Shown: positions 7,877-15,768, counted from the first letter of the stretch. The stretch is DNA of 32,000 nucleotides from Gemmata obscuriglobus (GCF_008065095.1 NZ_CP042911.1:1440001-1472000); one strand, 5' to 3'. Made by a program: numbers and translations. Notes: a model not told the origin generated them from the sequence alone.

Positions 7877-9095
7877 GGCCCTCACCCGGCTCACCGCGCA
7901 ACAGCTCGGCACCCTGAAGCTGATTCAGGGCGCCGTCGGTCAGATCAACGGGCAACTGAAGGGGCTGAAGGCGCCGGGACCCAAGCTCCCCAGCGCGGGG
8001 GGCGGGGGCGCTGGCGGTGGTAAGGGTAAAGGAACGAACCCGCTCGAGATGATCGGCGGGTTCGTCGGCAAGTTCGGCAAGGTGCTGGGCGTCGCCGGCG
8101 CGGTCGTCAGCGGCGTGGTCGCCGCGCTCACCGCGATCCCGATGGCGATCGTCGGCGTCGTTCAGGCGTCGGCGTCGTACGTCGGCGCCCTCAACCCGTC
8201 CGCCGTCGAGCAGTACGATCGGGCGCAGAACGACCTGCGCGCGACCATCGGGTACGGGCTGCAGCCGATCATCGCGTACGCGACCAAATCGCTCAAAGAC
8301 TGGGCCGGCATCCTGCTCCCGTCGATCCAGCAACTGCGCCCGGTGGTGGAACGCATCTCGGCGGCCGTGAGCGGGTACCTGATCGGCCCGGTCCGCCTGG
8401 TGGGGAAGCTCATCGACGGCTTCGCCAAGGGGCTCGAGGGCGTGCTGCCGGTGATCGAGAGCCTGGTCTCGACGGCCGCGGCGTTCGGCGAGGTCCAGCA
8501 GGCCATTACGGACGTGCTGGCGGCGTCCGGCCTCGGGCAGCTCTTGGGCGTGAAGAACGATCTGAACCGGGAGCTGCTCAAGTTCACCGCCGAGGCGTTC
8601 CGGAAGCTCGTCACCGCCCTCGTAATCGCGACCGCGCGGCTGCTACAACTGGCGGGTGCCACCGAGTCGCTGAAGCGGTTCAAGGACTCGCTGCAGGGCG
8701 CAGTTGACGCCCGAAAGGCGCCCAAAAGCGGCCTCACCGCGGCGCCGTCCGACGCCGGCACGGGTTCGATCGAGGACGTGCTGAAGCGGCTGAACGAGCG
8801 GGCGTTTGTCGCGACCTCGGGCGCCACCACCAAACAGACGGACACCGAGTACCTGGAAGACCTTGTGAAGGTGGTGGGGCAGATCCAGGCGAACCCGTTG
8901 AACTGGAAGCAGATGATAACCGACGCGGTCCGCGACGCCCTGCCGCCCGGGCCGGCGGCGCTGCTGGATTTCGTCGGAATGGGTGACGCCAGCAGCGGCG
9001 GGAGCCGACGCGGGGGCGGGGCGGCCGGCGCGGCCGGGTTGCTGACCCGGTTCGCGGCCGGCGGACTGCGCGGCGCGATGTTTGGGGGGAGCTGA
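7851..9095 (+). CDS. tail tape measure protein (short, 414 aa)
   Basis: It lies after the G/GT pair. It has a Gly-rich tract, a hydrophobic segment (VLGVAGAVVSGVVAALTAIPMAIVGVV) and long helical Ala/Leu-rich stretches typical of tape measure proteins. Confidence 0.7.
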   Translation: MATPDQQLEALTRLTAQQLGTLKLIQGAVGQINGQLKGLKAPGPKLPSAGGGGAGGGKGKGTNPLEMIGGFVGKFGKVLGVAGAVVSGVVAALTAIPMAIVGVVQASASYVGALNPSAVEQYDRAQNDLRATIGYGLQPIIAYATKSLKDWAGILLPSIQQLRPVVERISAAVSGYLIGPVRLVGKLIDGFAKGLEGVLPVIESLVSTAAAFGEVQQAITDVLAASGLGQLLGVKNDLNRELLKFTAEAFRKLVTALVIATARLLQLAGATESLKRFKDSLQGAVDARKAPKSGLTAAPSDAGTGSIEDVLKRLNERAFVATSGATTKQTDTEYLEDLVKVVGQIQANPLNWKQMITDAVRDALPPGPAALLDFVGMGDASSGGSRRGGGAAGAAGLLTRFAAGGLRGAMFGGS

Positions 9096-9096
9096 G

Positions 9097-10242
9097 ATGG
9101 CACTGATGATGGAGCTGACCGGCGACAGCGAGCGTATGTCCACCGCAATTTCGCAGGAAGATGGGTCCGCCGAGGCGACGTACCGCATCATCGGTGACAC
9201 GCAGGACCAGCCCCCGGACGCGGACACGCTGCGCACCGTGGTTGACGGCTTCCTGGGCGGCGTGCTGAACCTGAAGGCGCGTGTCGTCGGCCAACAGTAC
9301 GCGGAGGCGGGCAAGATCAACCGCGTGCTCCCTGTCGTTCACCCGTTCCGGCCGGAACTGTCCGCCTCCGCGATCACGATTTCCGGCATCGGCAAGAGCC
9401 AGGCGGCCGACTCGAAGCCCACCGGGCTGTCGGCGGTGACGGTGCAGTACCCCCACTGGACCGCGTACGACCTGAAGGTCCGCTTCCAGAAGCGGCCGTA
9501 CCCGCTGGTGAAGAACGAGAACATCGCGGTCAAGAGCGACCTGACGTACTACCCACCCGACGGCAGCGCGGGCAAAACGGTCACCTACGCGGAGGAGTGG
9601 CGGCGGTTCACGACGCTCACGCGCACGCCGACCGGCGAAACGGTGTCCGCGAGCCTGGGTTCGATGATGTTCAAAACGCAGACCGGAACCGTTGCACCAC
9701 ACAACCGCAACTACACCGGGCAGGTCTACGCGTACCTTCCGAACGAGATGATTGAGCTGAACTGGTTCATGGTTCCGTTCCGGTACTTCCAGCAGTACGG
9801 CGATTCAAAGCCCTATTTGACGCGGTTCCAGAACACCATCAACCAGTACCCGTTCCTGGGGTTCGGTGCCGGCTCCTTGCTGTTCCTGGGGGCGACGCCG
9901 ACGAGCTACATCCCGGTGACGCCCGATGCGAAGCTGTACACGCAGGGGCTGGAAACCGGTGCCGACGCCGGGCTGCTGTGCAACGTGAAGCTGCGGTTCC
10001 TGTACACCTCGCGGGAGGGCACAGACGTGCCCGACTCGTCGAACCCGCTGTTGACGGCGAACCGGAACCGCGTTGCGGCGGGGCACAACCTGCTCATCAA
10101 CTACAGCGATCGACGGTACTACTACACCGTCACGGAGCCCACACCCGGCTCGGATGCGGGCCGGCACCCGAGCTTCGATTCGTTCCCGTTCCAGCTACTG
10201 TTCACCGACCCTCTGTACCAACAACCGGGCGGGGCGATTTGA
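9097..10242 (+). CDS. tail-tip protein, candidate receptor-binding protein
   Basis: ATG at 9097, 1 nt after the tape measure stop, 381 aa. It is the only tail gene downstream of the tape measure. Its last roughly 170 codons are duplicated at 10890-11400. Confidence 0.45.
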   Translation: MALMMELTGDSERMSTAISQEDGSAEATYRIIGDTQDQPPDADTLRTVVDGFLGGVLNLKARVVGQQYAEAGKINRVLPVVHPFRPELSASAITISGIGKSQAADSKPTGLSAVTVQYPHWTAYDLKVRFQKRPYPLVKNENIAVKSDLTYYPPDGSAGKTVTYAEEWRRFTTLTRTPTGETVSASLGSMMFKTQTGTVAPHNRNYTGQVYAYLPNEMIELNWFMVPFRYFQQYGDSKPYLTRFQNTINQYPFLGFGAGSLLFLGATPTSYIPVTPDAKLYTQGLETGADAGLLCNVKLRFLYTSREGTDVPDSSNPLLTANRNRVAAGHNLLINYSDRRYYYTVTEPTPGSDAGRHPSFDSFPFQLLFTDPLYQQPGGAI

Positions 10243-10243
10243 T

Positions 10244-10687
10244 CTAATTCGGTCGCCGTTGCACACCACGGACGATCCCATCTTTCAACTGAATAAACAT
10301 CCCAGTAGGGGAACGATCAATCGACGACTCTGTGGGCTTCAGCCATTTCGGCTCCCAATAGATCCAGAGGGTGTGAATTCCGTCGGTATCCAGACCTGAT
10401 GAGTTCGGCTTTCCCAACAGCGCCTTCACCTCATCGTCCGTCAGCCCGATCAGCTTCTTTGTGGCCGTGCCCTCGCTCCACGGCAACCCCAAGTCGGGCT
10501 TATCGTCTTTCTTGGGCTTTTCGGACTTTTCGGGCTTATCGCCCGGTGCGACGTGCGGCGCGGGCGCGGATCGTGGGTCGTGCTCCGGTTGTTGCTGTGC
10601 AACGGCGGGAGGTGGTGTCGGCGCCGACTTCGGTTTACAACCGGAGGTGAGAAGGGCGAGCGAGAGGACGAAGAGGCACGTGCGCAT
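10244..10687 (-). CDS. lipoprotein, paralog A (convergent with the tail-tip gene)
   Basis: The N-terminus MRTCLFVLSLALLTSGCKPK is a signal peptide plus lipobox-like Cys. A Pro/Lys-rich linker follows, then a roughly 70-aa C-terminal domain. Its stop is 1 nt from the tail-tip gene stop. Confidence 0.7.
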   Translation of the reverse strand: MRTCLFVLSLALLTSGCKPKSAPTPPPAVAQQQPEHDPRSAPAPHVAPGDKPEKSEKPKKDDKPDLGLPWSEGTATKKLIGLTDDEVKALLGKPNSSGLDTDGIHTLWIYWEPKWLKPTESSIDRSPTGMFIQLKDGIVRGVQRRPN

Positions 10688-10749
10688 GGGCAGACCCGAG
10701 CGGGCGGTGTGAACCGCGGGCGTCCGGCCCGCGCGCCGCCCGCGCTCAG

Positions 10750-10778
10750 AGGTTATCCGATGGGTGGGCAGGTGTGAA
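10750..10778 (-). promoter_or_regulatory. candidate promoter TTCACA-N17-TAACCT for lipoprotein A
   Basis: The minus strand reads ccacTTCACAcctgcccacccatcggaTAACCTctgagcg, about 60-90 nt upstream of the ATG at 10687. The same architecture recurs at 11905-11933, 13264-13292 and 13549-13577. Confidence 0.4.
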
Positions 10779-10782
10779 GTGG

Positions 10783-10882
10783 TCGAATGGTCACTTTGGT
10801 GCGCAGGCGGTGGCGACGGGTGTCACGACGGCTGTCTGAAGAGGCACACCAGCGCGGCGAGCGCCGGCCCCGCCGGCCCGAT
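10783..10882 (-). pseudogene. relic of the 3-prime end and downstream flank of the DUF1304 gene at the duplication junction
   Basis: It aligns with 13582-13672, including the exact 28-mer gaagaggcacaccagcgcggcgagcgcc (10838-10865 = 13628-13655). The minus strand would encode ...ALAALVCLFRQPS*, compared with ...ALAALVCLFRQPA* in the intact gene. Confidence 0.7.
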
Positions 10883-10889
10883 CGTACCT

Positions 10890-11400
10890 GTACCTTCCGA
10901 ACGGGATGATTGAGCTGAACTGGTTCATGGTTCCGTTCCGGTACTTCCAGCAGTACGGCGATTCAAAGCCCTATTTGACGCGGTTCCAGAACACCATCAA
11001 CCAGTACCCGTTCCTGGGGTTCGGTGCCGGCTCCTTGCTGTTCCTGGGGGCGACGCCGACGAGCTACATCCCGGTGACGCCCGATGCGAAGCTGTACACG
11101 CAGGGGCTGGAAACCGGTGCCGACGCCGGGCTGCTGTGCAACGTGAAGCTGCGGTTCCTGTACACCTCGCGGGAGGGCACAGACGTGCCCGACTCGTCGA
11201 ACCCGCTGTTGACGGCGAACCGGAACCGCGTTGCGGCGGGGCACAACCTGCTCATCAACTACAGCGATCGGCGGTACTACTACACCGCCACGGAGCCCAC
11301 ACTCGGCTCGGATGCGGGCCGGCACCCGAGCTTCGATTCGTTCCCGTTCCAACTGCTGTTTACCGACCCACTGTATCAGCAGCCGGGCGGGGTAATCTAA
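10890..11400 (+). pseudogene. 5-prime-truncated duplicate of the tail-tip gene 3-prime region (ORF 10906..11400); silent cassette or remnant
   Basis: The 164-aa ORF matches the C-terminus of 9097..10242 except near the end (YYYTATEPTLGS...QQPGGVI vs YYYTVTEPTPGS...QQPGGAI). It lacks the N-terminal ~216 codons and has no evident RBS. Confidence 0.7.
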
Positions 11401-11843
11401 TACGGGGGGAGGCGGTAAATTTGCCTCGCCTTCCCACCCCGCATGCAAAGGACAAACCCTGTGGGTCGCAAGTCAGTTGAGCCTTCCGGCGGGCTCAGCC
11501 ACTTGTTTTGAGTGTATCGCCACTCGGTGAACTGAAGATCCGAAGAAGGGCTCACGTGATCAGGTTTGCCAATCAGCGCCTTCACTTCGTCGTCCGTCAG
11601 CCCGATCAGCTTCTTGTTCGCGGTGCCTTCGGACCAAGGTAGGCCCAAGTCGGGCTTATCGTCTTTCTTGGGCTTTTCGGACTTTTCGGGCTTATCGCCC
11701 GGTGCGACGTGCGGCGCGGGCGCGGATCGTGGGTCGTGCTCCGGTTGTTGCTGTGCAACGGCGGGAGGTGGTGTCGGCGCCGACTTCGGTTTACAACCGG
11801 AGGTGAGAAGGGCGAGCGAGAGGACGAAGAGGCACGTGCGCAT
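11397..11843 (-). CDS. lipoprotein, paralog B
   Basis: The N-terminal ~75 aa match paralog A almost exactly. The C-terminal ~55 aa differ (DHVSPSSDLQFTEWRYTQNKWLSPPEGSTDLRPTGFVLCMRGGKARQIYRLPPY vs NSSGLDTDGIHTLWIYWEPKWLKPTESSIDRSPTGMFIQLKDGIVRGVQRRPN). Its stop overlaps the stop of the truncated tail copy. Confidence 0.7.
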   Translation of the reverse strand: MRTCLFVLSLALLTSGCKPKSAPTPPPAVAQQQPEHDPRSAPAPHVAPGDKPEKSEKPKKDDKPDLGLPWSEGTANKKLIGLTDDEVKALIGKPDHVSPSSDLQFTEWRYTQNKWLSPPEGSTDLRPTGFVLCMRGGKARQIYRLPPY

Positions 11844-11904
11844 GGGCAGACCCGAGCGGGCGGTGTGAACCGCGGGCTCCGGCCCGCGCGCCGCCCGCGC
11901 TCAG

Positions 11905-11933
11905 AGGTTACCCGACGGGTGGGCAGGTGTGAA
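11905..11933 (-). promoter_or_regulatory. candidate promoter TTCACA-N17-TAACCT for lipoprotein B
   Basis: The minus strand reads TTCACAcctgcccacccgtcgggTAACCT, the duplicate of 10750-10778. Confidence 0.4.
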
Positions 11934-12042
11934 GTGGACGGGCGCCTACGTGATCGAGCCGATAACCTTCGCTCGATGCCGTTTGCGTGAAGGCGAGTAC
12001 GATAGGCGGCGGATTCCCTCACCCTGCACGAGAGGAAAAGCC

Positions 12043-13203
12043 GTGCGCCTCCCTTCCCGGAACCGCTTCCTCGTCGCCACTGTGGCGGCCGTCGCTCTCG
12101 CGGCCGGCTGTGGCAAAAAAGTCCCGGACCCGGCCCGGACCGAGAATGCGGGTGCCGCCGCCACTCCGGCAGCCGCCGGCACTCCGGCCCCCGCCGGCAC
12201 GCCGGCCCCCGCGGAACCCAGCGCGGCGCTGTACGGCCCCGAACTCGGCGAGGCGTTTCTGCCGGCCGACACCTCGGCCGCCCCGCTGCGGCCGCGGAAA
12301 ACCGACACCGTCTACAAGCTGTCCAACCCCCGCATCGGCACCCCGAAGCCGACCCGGTTCGGCCCGCGGCCCGGCAGCGGGCAGGCCCTCATGCTGGACT
12401 GGGAGAAGGTGGCCGACGGTCCCAACGGCGGCATGACGGTCGTCATCCGCTTGGCCAACGGCAAGGACATGCGCGTTCCGATCCAGTCGCCCGGCGGGGA
12501 CCGGGCCGGGACCATCGAGATGGAAGTTGCCTACCGCGGGCCGTGGACCGGGGAGTTGCCGAAGGACGCCGAGTTGTACGTCATCCGGGAGGAGCACGGG
12601 TACGGGGTCGCGTTCCGCAAGACGTTCAAGGTGTCGAACTCGGTGGTCCTCGGGACGACCCGGTTCCCGATCACGGCCGCCCGGGCGTGGACGGCGGAGG
12701 AGACGGCCAAGCTCCGGACCCCGCCGCCCGCGCCCCCGAAGGAGCTGTGGGCCAGCCCCGGCACCGGCGAGGAGACGGAGATGGCCGGCATCCCGGAGCC
12801 GCACAAGTTCAAACGGTGGACGGTGGAGGGCGGCAAGCCGGTCGTCGGGTTCGACTACTCGGTCGGCGGGTGGGACGGCGAGAGCTGCTTGGGCGGCCTG
12901 TGGCCGCTGTTCGACCGGGACTGGCCGGATCACGGCCAGCAGCGGGTGATGGCCCGGCCGGGGTACGCGGTCGGCGGGCTGACCGTGAAGTCGAACAAGT
13001 TCGTGGACGGCATTCGGGTGACGTTCATGAGGGTCCGGCCGGACGGCCGGCTCGACCCGGCGGACAAGTACGAGAGCCCCTGGTGCGGCCCACACGGGAG
13101 CGGCAAAAAGGAAACCAAGCTCGGCGGCGACGGCCGGGCGGTGATCGGGCTGACCACCGACAAGGCGGCGGTCCTCCACGCGGTCGGGCTGGTGGTGCAA
13201 TAG
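12043..13203 (+). CDS. lipoprotein of unknown function (C-terminal beta-rich, possibly lectin-like domain)
   Basis: GTG at 12043 preceded by AGAGGAAAAG, in the frame of ORF 11929..13203. The N-terminus VRLPSRNRFLVATVAAVALAAGCGKK is a signal peptide plus lipobox, followed by an Ala/Pro-rich linker. Repeated G-x-x-V-G-G / VDGIRVTF strings hint at a jacalin-like domain, but this is weak. Confidence 0.6.
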   Translation: MRLPSRNRFLVATVAAVALAAGCGKKVPDPARTENAGAAATPAAAGTPAPAGTPAPAEPSAALYGPELGEAFLPADTSAAPLRPRKTDTVYKLSNPRIGTPKPTRFGPRPGSGQALMLDWEKVADGPNGGMTVVIRLANGKDMRVPIQSPGGDRAGTIEMEVAYRGPWTGELPKDAELYVIREEHGYGVAFRKTFKVSNSVVLGTTRFPITAARAWTAEETAKLRTPPPAPPKELWASPGTGEETEMAGIPEPHKFKRWTVEGGKPVVGFDYSVGGWDGESCLGGLWPLFDRDWPDHGQQRVMARPGYAVGGLTVKSNKFVDGIRVTFMRVRPDGRLDPADKYESPWCGPHGSGKKETKLGGDGRAVIGLTTDKAAVLHAVGLVVQ

Positions 13204-13263
13204 CGGGCCGGGAGTGCGAGCCGGGCACCGGCGGGGCCGGCCCGCGCGGCGCCCGCGGCGCTG

Positions 13264-13292
13264 AGGGTAATCCAGGGCCGGGCGGGCGCGAA
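13264..13292 (-). promoter_or_regulatory. orphan copy of promoter-like motif TTCGCG-N17-TACCCT
   Basis: The minus strand reads TTCGCGcccgcccggccctggatTACCCT. It points into the 3-prime end of the (+) gene 12043..13203. Confidence 0.3.
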
Positions 13293-13306
13293 GGGGGATC
13301 GGGGGC

Positions 13307-13492
13307 TCAGAACGCGACCCGGGCCAGCGCACTTACCACGGCCCCCGTGGCGCTGACCGCGGCCACGACGGCGACCCAAAGCGGTACTCTCCGCTCATCG
13401 GAGCCCGAGTCGGCCCGGCCGGCCGGGCCGAGCGCCGCGAACGCGACCAGCAGCAGCGCTGCCGCCAGGGCGAGGTATTCCCAGGGATGCAT
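13307..13492 (-). CDS. small two-TM membrane protein (61 aa), hypothetical
   Basis: The sequence is MHPWEYLALAAALLLVAFAALGP...VPLWVAVVAAVSATGAVVSALARVAF. It is preceded by a promoter-like motif at 13549-13577. Coding status is uncertain. Confidence 0.4.
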   Translation of the reverse strand: MHPWEYLALAAALLLVAFAALGPAGRADSGSDERRVPLWVAVVAAVSATGAVVSALARVAF

Positions 13493-13548
13493 GGGGCGAC
13501 CGGGCTGAGTCTGAGGGGCCGCTGCGGCGAGTCGCGAGCGGCTGTTTC

Positions 13549-13577
13549 AGGGTAACCGGGCGCAAGGCGGGCGCGAA
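13549..13577 (-). promoter_or_regulatory. candidate promoter TTCGCG-N17-TACCCT upstream of 13307..13492
   Basis: The minus strand reads TTCGCGcccgccttgcgcccggtTACCCT, 57-85 nt upstream of the ATG at 13492. Confidence 0.35.
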
Positions 13578-13612
13578 GTGGATAATCCGCCACGTTGGTG
13601 CGCCGGTCGGCA

Positions 13613-14011
13613 TCACGCCGGCTGTCGGAAGAGGCACACCAGCGCGGCGAGCGCCAGCCCCGTCTGCCCGACCAGGAACGCGACCGCCCCGCGCGGCTCC
13701 GGCTGAACCGACCAGTACCCCACAACGCCCGCGACGGCGATGAACCCGAGGAACAGGCACAGCACCAGCCGGCCGTCGGGCCGGCCCGCCCGCAACCGCA
13801 ACAGGCCCAGTACGAGCCCGCGCGCCAGGAACGCGTTGCAGAGCCCCTGGTTGATCGCGACCTTCGCCCCCTCGGTCTGGTCGTTCTTGAAGTTGAGCGT
13901 TTCACGGAACCGGTCGGCCGCCGGCGTGTTCCAGATCACCGCCTCGAGAACGAAGAAGAACAGGTGCGCCGCCGCCAGCAGCGCGGTGAGGACGTTCGGG
14001 GCGATCCGCAT
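13613..14011 (-). CDS. DUF1304-family membrane protein
   Basis: This is the last 132 codons of track ORF 13613..15748(-), starting from the ATG at 14011. The sequence MRIAPNVLTALLAAAHLFFFVLEAVIWNTP...AINQGLCNAFLARGLVLGLL matches the remembered DUF1304 pattern (HxxxxxxE...NQGLYNxFLAxGL). Confidence 0.75.
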   Translation of the reverse strand: MRIAPNVLTALLAAAHLFFFVLEAVIWNTPAADRFRETLNFKNDQTEGAKVAINQGLCNAFLARGLVLGLLRLRAGRPDGRLVLCLFLGFIAVAGVVGYWSVQPEPRGAVAFLVGQTGLALAALVCLFRQPA

Positions 14012-14103
14012 GTCGGCTCCCGTGGGAAGGACGCTCGGCGTGAGGCGTCCGCGGCGGGCCAGCTTAAGCGACCCGCCGGGGTGGGGCAACGGGCAACCGG
14101 GGC

Positions 14104-14120
14104 CGCTGCCATCGGCCGGG
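14104..14120 (+). promoter_or_regulatory. copy 2 of shared motif CGCTGCCATCGGCCGGG, ending 2 nt before the ATG at 14123
   Basis: Exact 17-mer identical to 960-976 and 27825-27841. Confidence 0.5.
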
Positions 14121-14122
14121 GC

Positions 14123-15739
14123 ATGGCCGAACCGCTGCTGATCCGCGCCGTCATCACCGCCAAGGACGACTCGTCTGGCCGTTGGCGCTACGGCTGGAAG
14201 GAGCAGGGCACCGACCTGGGAACCGGCGGCGACCTGGACCCGCTCGGCTACCGCCGCGGCACGACGAGCGTCAACCCCGCGGTCGAGCTGAACGACCGCG
14301 AGGTGGCGCCCGGCACCGTGGTCTGGTTGCGCGAGCGGGGGTTCGTCGCCGGCCAGATGTGGTACGAGTTCGCGGTCACCGCCGGCGCCACTTCCTCCAC
14401 GACAACGACCACGACCACCACCGCCGGCCCGTGCGCCGGCGCGTGCCAGTGGACCTACTCCGCCGCCTCGAAGGCCTGGACCCGCACCACCTCCACCTGC
14501 GCCGCCGGCTGTCACTGCCTCGCCCCGACGTGGTGCCCCGCCGCCGACGCCTGCGCCACCACCGCGTGCGGGCGCCTCGCCGCGGACGCGCCGGCGCCGA
14601 GCTGCACCGGCGCCACGACCACCCCGGGCGCGTGCGGGACCACGACCCCGGGCGCGTGCGCCGCCGGGTGCGTGTGGTACTGCCACCCGGTGCGCGGCTG
14701 GGTGCAGCGGTCGAACGGGTGCTCGGGCGCCTGCCCGTGCCCGCGCCCGGCCGGCCCCTGCACCGTGTCCGAGTGCGCGACCGAGGCGACGACCCCGTGC
14801 CAGGTGCCGCCCTACTACTGCACCGGCTCGTGCCGGTGGATGTGGGTGAGCGCGGAACTCGGCTGGGAGTGGGTCACCGGCAGTTGCTCGTCCTACGGGG
14901 TGTCGGGCTGCGCGTGCGACCGCCCGGCCGCGCCCGGCTCGCGGTGCGGCCAGGAGGTGAGCACCCCGTGCTACTCCCCACAGGGCAACAACCCGTGCCA
15001 GACGGTGACCACCGCCGGCCCGCCGACCGCGTGCGGCGGGGACTGCCTCTGGGGGAGCACGGACGGCGCGAGCTGGAACCAGATCGTGCGGCCGTGCGTG
15101 GGCGCCGGGTGCGTGTGCGACCGCCCGCTGTACGCCCCGGCCGGCACCTGCTCGCAGGCCGCCGGCGCGTGCGTGCAGGGCGTGCCGACCACGACCACCG
15201 CCGCGCCGCCCACCACCACCACCGCCGGCCCGCTCCAGTGGTGGTGCTACGACTGCACGGAGAACCCGAGCTACGGGTTCTGGGGGTGCGCCGCGACGCC
15301 CACGATGCCCGCCGGGTGCGTGCAGAAGTCCGGCCCGTACCTCGGCGACAGCGCGGCGTGCGTGGCCGCGTGCCAGCCGCCGACCACCACCACCGCCGGC
15401 CCCACGACCACCCCGGCCCCCGCGACGACCAGCACAACGACCACCACCGCCGGCCCGCCGCCGGTCACCACCACCGCGCCGACCACGACGCCCGCGCCGA
15501 CCACCACCACGGCCGGCCCGGTGGTGGACTACTTCTGCTGCCAGTGCCCGCTGGGGGTCAACACGTGCTCCTTCGATCCGATTAACCAGTGCGCGGGCTG
15601 CACGGTCACGGGGCCGATGTCCCTGGCGTTGTGCAACGGCACGTGCGTGGGCGGGATCGGGGGCACGACCACCACACCGCCGCCGGCGCCCGTGACCACC
15701 GGGACCGGCACCGGTGGCCCGACGGCCAGTCCGGACTGA
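14123..15739 (+). CDS. Cys-rich modular protein with Thr-rich TTTAGP linkers and an N-terminal phage-like domain; no signal peptide
   Basis: ATG at 14123 in ORF 13595..15739; the upstream part overlaps DUF1304 antisense. There are four modules of the form C-x3-C-x-W-x(7,8)-W-x6-C-x(3,7)-C-x-C-x(1,2)-P, plus two more Cys-rich modules. They are separated by T(n)AGP linkers. Confidence 0.7.
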   Translation: MAEPLLIRAVITAKDDSSGRWRYGWKEQGTDLGTGGDLDPLGYRRGTTSVNPAVELNDREVAPGTVVWLRERGFVAGQMWYEFAVTAGATSSTTTTTTTTAGPCAGACQWTYSAASKAWTRTTSTCAAGCHCLAPTWCPAADACATTACGRLAADAPAPSCTGATTTPGACGTTTPGACAAGCVWYCHPVRGWVQRSNGCSGACPCPRPAGPCTVSECATEATTPCQVPPYYCTGSCRWMWVSAELGWEWVTGSCSSYGVSGCACDRPAAPGSRCGQEVSTPCYSPQGNNPCQTVTTAGPPTACGGDCLWGSTDGASWNQIVRPCVGAGCVCDRPLYAPAGTCSQAAGACVQGVPTTTTAAPPTTTTAGPLQWWCYDCTENPSYGFWGCAATPTMPAGCVQKSGPYLGDSAACVAACQPPTTTTAGPTTTPAPATTSTTTTTAGPPPVTTTAPTTTPAPTTTTAGPVVDYFCCQCPLGVNTCSFDPINQCAGCTVTGPMSLALCNGTCVGGIGGTTTTPPPAPVTTGTGTGGPTASPD

Positions 15740-15768
15740 TTCGACCACAGCTTCACGAGAGGATCGGG

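Larger units (their letters stand above)
9732..11937. repeat. tandem segmental duplication (copy 1 9732-10782, junction 10783-10889, copy 2 10890-11937; offset 1158 bp)
   Basis: The copies match over 9748-~10110 vs 10906-~11268 and over ~10491-10723 vs ~11647-11879. The centre is strongly divergent (about 10110-10490 vs 11268-11646). Confidence 0.9.

Noticed and set aside
9748-11400. Diversity-generating retroelement, with a VR/TR pair at the C-terminus of a tail protein.
   Set aside because: - No reverse transcriptase or accessory gene is in the window.
- The differences between copies are mixed transitions and transversions, not substitutions confined to adenine positions of one copy.
- The duplicated segment extends far beyond a typical VR and includes a whole second gene.
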